This document shows positions 58,784 through 64,000 of a stretch of 64,000 nucleotides of DNA, piece by piece. How positions within the stretch are numbered: the first letter of the stretch is position 1; the number at the start of each line of letters is the position of its first letter. A model generated the notes under the pieces. That model was not told the DNA's origin. It worked only from the letters and a program-made list of their open reading frames with translations, and did not search any database. Made by a program: the position numbers and the translations under genes. Source of the stretch: a bacterium (GTDB taxonomy: Bacteria > Zhuqueibacterota > Zhuqueibacteria > Residuimicrobiales > Krinioviventaceae); contig OY843751.1 in the NCBI GenBank assembly GCA_963693055.1, positions 6,016,001 through 6,080,000 on the forward strand. Reading direction: 5' to 3'.

Positions 58784-60659
58784 ATTCTAATAATATTTCA
58801 GAGGTTTCAATTAATAAGTTAATAATTATTGTTAATATTTGATTATCTAAGTGGTTATTTAAAACATTAGCACAAATAAATAACCCATTTAAATCATAAT
58901 TAATACCATCACGTATATTTTCTTTTTGAAAATTTCTATAAAAAGTTATACAAGAATTATATAACTTGTTTTCAGGGCAAATATTCAAATTTTTTACTAA
59001 AACTTGGATTGCTTTTCTTCTCTCAGTCCCAACTAGTTTATTATCAATCATAAAATTAATATGTTCGAATAAATGCTCCATTTCTGTCGATTCAGCATTT
59101 GTAAGGATTTGTTCAACTTTGGATTCAATACCATTTTTTAAAGCAATATCTAAGTCTTGTAAATAATTATTACCTACAGAGTAGCTTGTTGAATCAATTT
59201 CTAAAAATATAAATGGGGTCAAGTCCTTAACATCAATGAATTCACGAACAGATTCAAGATATAATAATAAATTTTGAATTTCTAAATCTTTTGGTTTGGA
59301 AAAAATAAGATTATCAGAATCTGTTTCAAAAAATGATTTCAATACGATCAGCTGTGTTTTACTAAAATTTTTATTGTTTTTGCTTATATCAATCATCCAA
59401 AACAATAAATCTTGATTTTTTAACAGATGATTATAAAATGTATTAAAATGTATTCTAATACTAATTATTATTGCAAGCACTCTTAAATTTGATGATACAA
59501 CATTTTCATGCATTTGTGAACGAGTGTTTTTTTCTCGATCTTTAGCTATCAATAACGCAGAAGAGAACTGATTTATTGTTGAAATAGCATTTCTCGGATT
59601 ACGTACATATTGATTGATTAAAATAAATATTACATCTTCTAATTCATGATCTGGTAGTTGAGTTAATGAATTTTTCTCATTTACCAACAAATTTTTTATA
59701 TATTGTCGCATATCGGGTATCATAAATGGTGGGATATGGATACTGAATTGAAAAAATTTTTCTAAATACTCCGCACCTTCATTATTATTTCTAGTTTTGT
59801 AAATTTCATTTGCTCTATTTATCGAGTCTTTTATGATTTCATCATCACATGCAATTATAAAAATACAACCGTTGACATCTAAAAATGTTTTTATTGTTTC
59901 AAGTGTGTTGATTACTTTTTCTTTAGAACATCTGTCTAAATCATCAATAAATACAATTTTAGTGCTTGGATCTTTTTTTATTAATTCAATGAATTCACTT
60001 TCAAATTGTTCTTCTGAATCATATTTACTAATCTTTAATTTGTATCTAGCAGTTTTTATAATATCCAATAACCAATTTATTATAGCAAGTAACAAAGGTA
60101 AAACAATGAATTGATCAAGTTTTGCAATGATATTATTCAAATTCAAACCCAAAAATTGTTCTGGAAACGAAATAATATTTAAAATTCGAATTATAATAAA
60201 CAATAAAAAAACAAAGGAAACTAGATAAAGAGGAAATCCTTTTCTAAAAAAAGTATTTTGTATTTCTTTAACATTTAGGAGTGCTGTATCAAATTCTTGA
60301 TCATGATATATTTTTCTATATAAATCATCAATAGGGATTTTGAGTTGTTGGGCAATTGTAAGAATAAATTTTCTTTTTAATGAATTTTGATCATACTTCC
60401 AAACTTTCATTTCAATAAAGTGAAAGCTTTTTCTTTTTATATCTTTTTCAAGACGTTCTCTAAGTAGATTAACAATGGATGATTTTCCAACACCCCATTT
60501 ACCAAAAACACCTATATTAAAAGGCGTTTGTTGTTTACGAATAATTTGTTCCAAAAGTGTAGTATAACTTTTGTGGTCAAACTCATCTTGATTTGAATGT
60601 TCTAATGCTTTATCAGTTAAAAAATAATTTTGTTGATCACCCTGCTTTTTATTATTCAT
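58764..60659 (-). CDS. KAP family P-loop NTPase with two inserted TM helices; last codons come from the IS5
   Basis: D.F.H..Y, IGVFGKWGVGKSS Walker A, WKYD, TM pair, IVFIDDLDRC Walker B, YLEKFFQ, NPR. Confidence 0.9.
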   Translation of the reverse strand: MNNKKQGDQQNYFLTDKALEHSNQDEFDHKSYTTLLEQIIRKQQTPFNIGVFGKWGVGKSSIVNLLRERLEKDIKRKSFHFIEMKVWKYDQNSLKRKFILTIAQQLKIPIDDLYRKIYHDQEFDTALLNVKEIQNTFFRKGFPLYLVSFVFLLFIIIRILNIISFPEQFLGLNLNNIIAKLDQFIVLPLLLAIINWLLDIIKTARYKLKISKYDSEEQFESEFIELIKKDPSTKIVFIDDLDRCSKEKVINTLETIKTFLDVNGCIFIIACDDEIIKDSINRANEIYKTRNNNEGAEYLEKFFQFSIHIPPFMIPDMRQYIKNLLVNEKNSLTQLPDHELEDVIFILINQYVRNPRNAISTINQFSSALLIAKDREKNTRSQMHENVVSSNLRVLAIIISIRIHFNTFYNHLLKNQDLLFWMIDISKNNKNFSKTQLIVLKSFFETDSDNLIFSKPKDLEIQNLLLYLESVREFIDVKDLTPFIFLEIDSTSYSVGNNYLQDLDIALKNGIESKVEQILTNAESTEMEHLFEHINFMIDNKLVGTERRKAIQVLVKNLNICPENKLYNSCITFYRNFQKENIRDGINYDLNGLFICANVLNNHLDNQILTIIINLLIETSEILLESKVIIY

Positions 60660-60780
60660 TTTTTGAAGACCCCTAAAATTTTTATACTAAAATTATATAT
60701 AAAAATTTACGAATAATCAAGTTAAAAAAATATATAGTTTACTTTTTGTCTGGCACTTGAAAAGTACTTGGTAAAGTCCT

Positions 60781-60811
60781 GATCATGACAGAGGTAATCT
60801 CTGTCATGATC
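60781..60811. repeat. REP-like palindrome copy 5
   Basis: GATCATGACAGAG-GTAAT-CTCTGTCATGATC, perfect 13-bp arms. Confidence 0.65.
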
Positions 60812-60943
60812 GTATTTAGAATTAACAATATTCATATAAACAATTAATATGTTAAAATTTTGTCACAGCACAATTTCCGTGACCATTCGTGTAATCCGTG
60901 GGCAATGTTTTCGTTTAATTTTGAGTACTTCGAGGGCAAGTAT

Positions 60944-60981
60944 TTTGCAGCCCATCTGCCAATAGACAGACGGACTGCAAA
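60944..60981 (-). terminator. Hairpin after the aspA-like gene
   Basis: TTTGCAGCCCATCTG..CAGACGGACTGCAAA, imperfect stem, no U-tract on the minus strand. Confidence 0.5.
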
Positions 60982-60986
60982 GCAAG

Positions 60987-62387
60987 TTATTCTAATCCCG
61001 GAACACCCGGTTGGGTGAGTTTTTCAGCGGTAAAGATCTTGTCGATTTGTTCTTTGGATAGTATCCCGTCTTCTTCCACAACCTGTAAAATGGTTTTCCC
61101 CGTTTTAAGCGATTTCTTCATCACTTCCGCTGCCTGATCATAGCCAATGATCACGTTCAGCACCGTGGCGAGTCCCAGCGTGTTTTCGAAAAAGTGACGT
61201 GTCTGGTCCTCATTGACTTTGATGCCCTTGACCGCTTTTTCCGTAAACGCGGTGACGGCATTGGTCAAAATCTCCATGGAGGTGATTATGTTGTGAACAA
61301 TCACCGGCATCATTACGTTCAGCTCCAACTGTCCAGCCTGAGCTGCCATGGTAACGGTAAAATCATTACCAATGACCTGAAAACAAACCATATTCAGCAT
61401 TTCTGCCATCACGGGATTCACCTTGCCGGGCATAATGGAAGATCCGGGCTGAACCGCTGGAAGTACAATCTCGTTCATACCGGTATTGGGCCCCGAACTG
61501 AGCAATCTGAAATCGTTTGCAATACGCGTCAGTTCCAACGCGCAGGTTTTCAGCGACGCGGAAAACTGGGCGAACGAGCGCATACTCTGCATAGACTCGA
61601 AAAGGTTGGCGCTGGCACTCAATGGCGATCCCAGAAAAGCTGCCAATGCCATGGTCACCTGGTGCCGGTAATTGGGGTGCGTATTCAGACCCGAGCCGGC
61701 AGCACTGCCGCCAATTCCAAGCTCGCGCAGTTCGTCCGATGCAGATTTGACATGACGAATACATCGGTTCACGGTGCGCGCGTACGCGGCAAATTCCTGC
61801 CCCAGTGTCACAGGTACGGCATCCTGCAAATGGGTTCGGCCGCTCTTGATCACATTCTTAAACTCGTTGGATTTTTGTCCCAGTTCTTCTCCCAGATCAT
61901 ACAATCCTTTGATCAACATGGGCAGGGAACGGAGAATTGCCAAACGCATGGCAGTTGGAAACACATCGTTAGTAGACTGACCAAAATTGACATGGTCATT
62001 GGGGTGCACCTTGGCGTATTCTCCTTTTTTTCCACCCAGCAGTTCTATAGCGCGGTTGGCAATCACTTCATTCGCGTTCATATGATGCGAGGTACCGGCC
62101 CCCGCCTGGTATACATCCACCACAAACTGCTCGTGATGCTTGCCTTCCATCACTTCAATAGCGGCTTTTTCAATGGCGTTTCCCAGTTCCGGCTTTAACA
62201 ATCCCAGATCGGTGTTCACCCTGGCAGCAGCGGCTTTAATCGCTGCCGTAGCCCAGATAAAATTGGGATGCGCGTGCAGCCCACTGATGGGAAAATTGTC
62301 CACTGCGCGTTGGGTTTGTACGCCATAATAAGCGTCAGCAGGGACCTCCACAGGCCCCAGTGAATCTTTTTCGGTACGGGTTTTCAT
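60987..62387 (-). CDS. aspA: Aspartate ammonia-lyase / class II fumarase family lyase (AspA-like)
   Basis: GSSIMPGKVNP signature; QAGAGTS and QDAVP are AspA-like rather than FumC-like. Confidence 0.75.
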   Translation of the reverse strand: MKTRTEKDSLGPVEVPADAYYGVQTQRAVDNFPISGLHAHPNFIWATAAIKAAAARVNTDLGLLKPELGNAIEKAAIEVMEGKHHEQFVVDVYQAGAGTSHHMNANEVIANRAIELLGGKKGEYAKVHPNDHVNFGQSTNDVFPTAMRLAILRSLPMLIKGLYDLGEELGQKSNEFKNVIKSGRTHLQDAVPVTLGQEFAAYARTVNRCIRHVKSASDELRELGIGGSAAGSGLNTHPNYRHQVTMALAAFLGSPLSASANLFESMQSMRSFAQFSASLKTCALELTRIANDFRLLSSGPNTGMNEIVLPAVQPGSSIMPGKVNPVMAEMLNMVCFQVIGNDFTVTMAAQAGQLELNVMMPVIVHNIITSMEILTNAVTAFTEKAVKGIKVNEDQTRHFFENTLGLATVLNVIIGYDQAAEVMKKSLKTGKTILQVVEEDGILSKEQIDKIFTAEKLTQPGVPGLE

Positions 62388-62396
62388 GTATCCCTC

Positions 62397-63668
62397 CTAT
62401 TTGTCTTCCACCTGGTAACCGGCATCCTGTACGGCGGTTACCAACTGGTCCCATGCTACCCCATTATCATGATAGACAACAACATTTTTGCTTTTCAGGT
62501 CCACTTTTACCTGTTCAACACCCTCTACACCCTCGAGCGCTTTTTGAACATGGCTGACACAATTGTTACAGGTCATATTGGGTACACTGAAATCGCTTAG
62601 TTTTTCTGAATGCGGCATGGAAATATCCTCTTTTTGTTTATTAAAAAATCTACTGAATTTTAAATTAATATATACCAGCAATCCAATCAACAGCGCTGCG
62701 GAAACCAGCTCTAACCAGTGCGGCAGCATTTGATGGTGCATGTGCTCGGTAAAGGTATACCCCAACTGCCAGCGCGACCAGATAAAGTCGAGCAGCAAGC
62801 CCAATCCCAAACTGGACAAAATTAAAGTTACCAGATATATAGCTGTTGTCTTTTTCCCCAGATACTGGCCAATTACCGTTATAGTAACAGCATTGGTTGC
62901 CGGACCCGCCAGCAATAATACAAACGCAGCACCGGGATTCAAGCCCTTCATCATTAATGCGGCGGCAATGGGTATAGAGCCCGTGGCACAAACATACAAC
63001 GGTACACTGAACGCCAGCACAATCAACATGGACTGCCAGGGAGCTGTAAATTTCTCCTGAAAAAAATCTGCCGGAATGAAATACGAGATTAAACCGCCAA
63101 TTAAAATACCAATCATTAACCATTTGCCAATTTCGCTGAGCAGATCAATAAACGCGTATTTAAATACCCGTTTGGCTCGTCCGACAAATGAGAGCTTTTC
63201 AGGTTTAATTTCTTTACCAGTGCTGCCCATTGCCTGACCTTCTTCCGGACTTTCAAGCAGGTTCGCCGTAAATCCGGAAAAAATACCGGCGAAAAAACTG
63301 GCAATAACCCGGTACACGGCAAACACCGGTCCCAGCAAGGAGTAGGTGGCAAAAATGGAATCCACTCCCGTAGTTGGCGTAGCAATGAGAAAAGACAAAA
63401 CCGATCCTCTGCTTGCACCGGCTTTACGCAATGCCATGGTAGGTGGAATAACTCCGCACGAACACAGGGGAAGCGGTATTCCAAACAATGCGGCTTTAAC
63501 TACCGATCCCATCGAACTTTTACCCAAATGTTTTGCTATCTGTTCCGCAGAAATAAACTCTTTGAGCAAACCTGCAGCCAGAAATCCGAAAATTAAATAC
63601 GGTCCCATTTCCGCAAGCAAATCAAAAGAGCTTTTTAATATGCCATATACAAATTCAAAAACTATCAT
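62397..63668 (-). CDS. Permease (ArsP/SO_0444-like) with C-terminal heavy-metal-associated domain
   Basis: PLPLCSCGVIP, SFLIATP, PLYVCATGSIP, His-rich EHMHH linker, MTCNNC HMA motif. Confidence 0.85.
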   Translation of the reverse strand: MIVFEFVYGILKSSFDLLAEMGPYLIFGFLAAGLLKEFISAEQIAKHLGKSSMGSVVKAALFGIPLPLCSCGVIPPTMALRKAGASRGSVLSFLIATPTTGVDSIFATYSLLGPVFAVYRVIASFFAGIFSGFTANLLESPEEGQAMGSTGKEIKPEKLSFVGRAKRVFKYAFIDLLSEIGKWLMIGILIGGLISYFIPADFFQEKFTAPWQSMLIVLAFSVPLYVCATGSIPIAAALMMKGLNPGAAFVLLLAGPATNAVTITVIGQYLGKKTTAIYLVTLILSSLGLGLLLDFIWSRWQLGYTFTEHMHHQMLPHWLELVSAALLIGLLVYINLKFSRFFNKQKEDISMPHSEKLSDFSVPNMTCNNCVSHVQKALEGVEGVEQVKVDLKSKNVVVYHDNGVAWDQLVTAVQDAGYQVEDK

Positions 63669-63672
63669 TTTA

Positions 63673-64000
63673 TTATAAACCTACTTGTTTTATTGCTTCT
63701 TTTAACGTTTCTGCCGAACGTTGTAATCCCTTTAATTCGGAATCATCAAGCGGCAGTTTAATGCGTTCAACCACGCCATTGCGGTCCAATTTTGTGGGCA
63801 CGCTCAAACACACATCGCCAATACCATAATAATCATCAATCAAGCTCGAAACGGTCATGATCGAATTCTGGTCACGCACAATACTCTCTAAAATAGTCAA
63901 TGTTGCCATTCCAATTGCGTGATATGTGGCGCCTTTTTTCTCAATCAAGTGATACGCGGCGGTCCGTACCTGTTCAAAGATCTCATTTCGTGGTATACCT
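63673..64000 (-). CDS. ldh: L-lactate dehydrogenase, C-terminal part (runs off window end)
   Basis: AAYHLIEKKGATYHAIG..I..DQNSIMTVS..YGIGDVCLSVP. Confidence 0.85.
   Translation of the reverse strand, partial: GIPRNEIFEQVRTAAYHLIEKKGATYHAIGMATLTILESIVRDQNSIMTVSSLIDDYYGIGDVCLSVPTKLDRNGVVERIKLPLDDSELKGLQRSAETLKEAIKQVGL

Noticed and set aside
61194-62198. 334-aa plus-strand ORF
   Set aside because: Antisense shadow of the aspA-like gene in GC-richer sequence; no motifs or RBS
1-64000. CRISPR array, rRNA or prophage
   Set aside because: No regularly spaced direct repeats, rRNA-like sequence or phage structural/integrase genes seen by eye

Overview
Low-GC bacterial chromosome segment that appears to span the replication origin. 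Gene content and style resemble FCB-group lineages such as KSB1/Calditrichota (inference only). From 1 to 30.4 kb every protein gene is on the minus strand. In transcription order these are nifJ and a DHOD-like flavoprotein, rpmH-rnpA-yidD-yidC-mnmE-mnmG-rsmG (two perfect parS sites before rsmG), mfd, three parvulin PPIases, DUF4159/DUF4175/TPR envelope genes, yjbQ, a methyltransferase, ftsEX and hrcA-grpE-dnaJ. At 30.7-31.2 kb, tRNA-Phe is followed by an oriC-like region (AT-only tract, DnaA-trios, DnaA boxes), but no dnaA gene lies in the window. The right half is accessory: a dGTPase, GT4 and two CapK-like ligases, a MIP channel, a metallopeptidase, an autoregulated wHTH/nucleotidyltransferase-like pair with a frameshifted second gene, sulfatase and lyase genes, and rmuC. 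It also holds a very AT-rich KAP-NTPase/helical-protein locus hit by IS5 and IS3 elements and bordered by IS256. The window ends with an aspA-like lyase, a metal permease and a partial ldh. A family of REP-like palindromes recurs at gene 3' ends from 39.7 to 60.8 kb. No CRISPR array or rRNA was seen. All calls are by eye, with no database searches.
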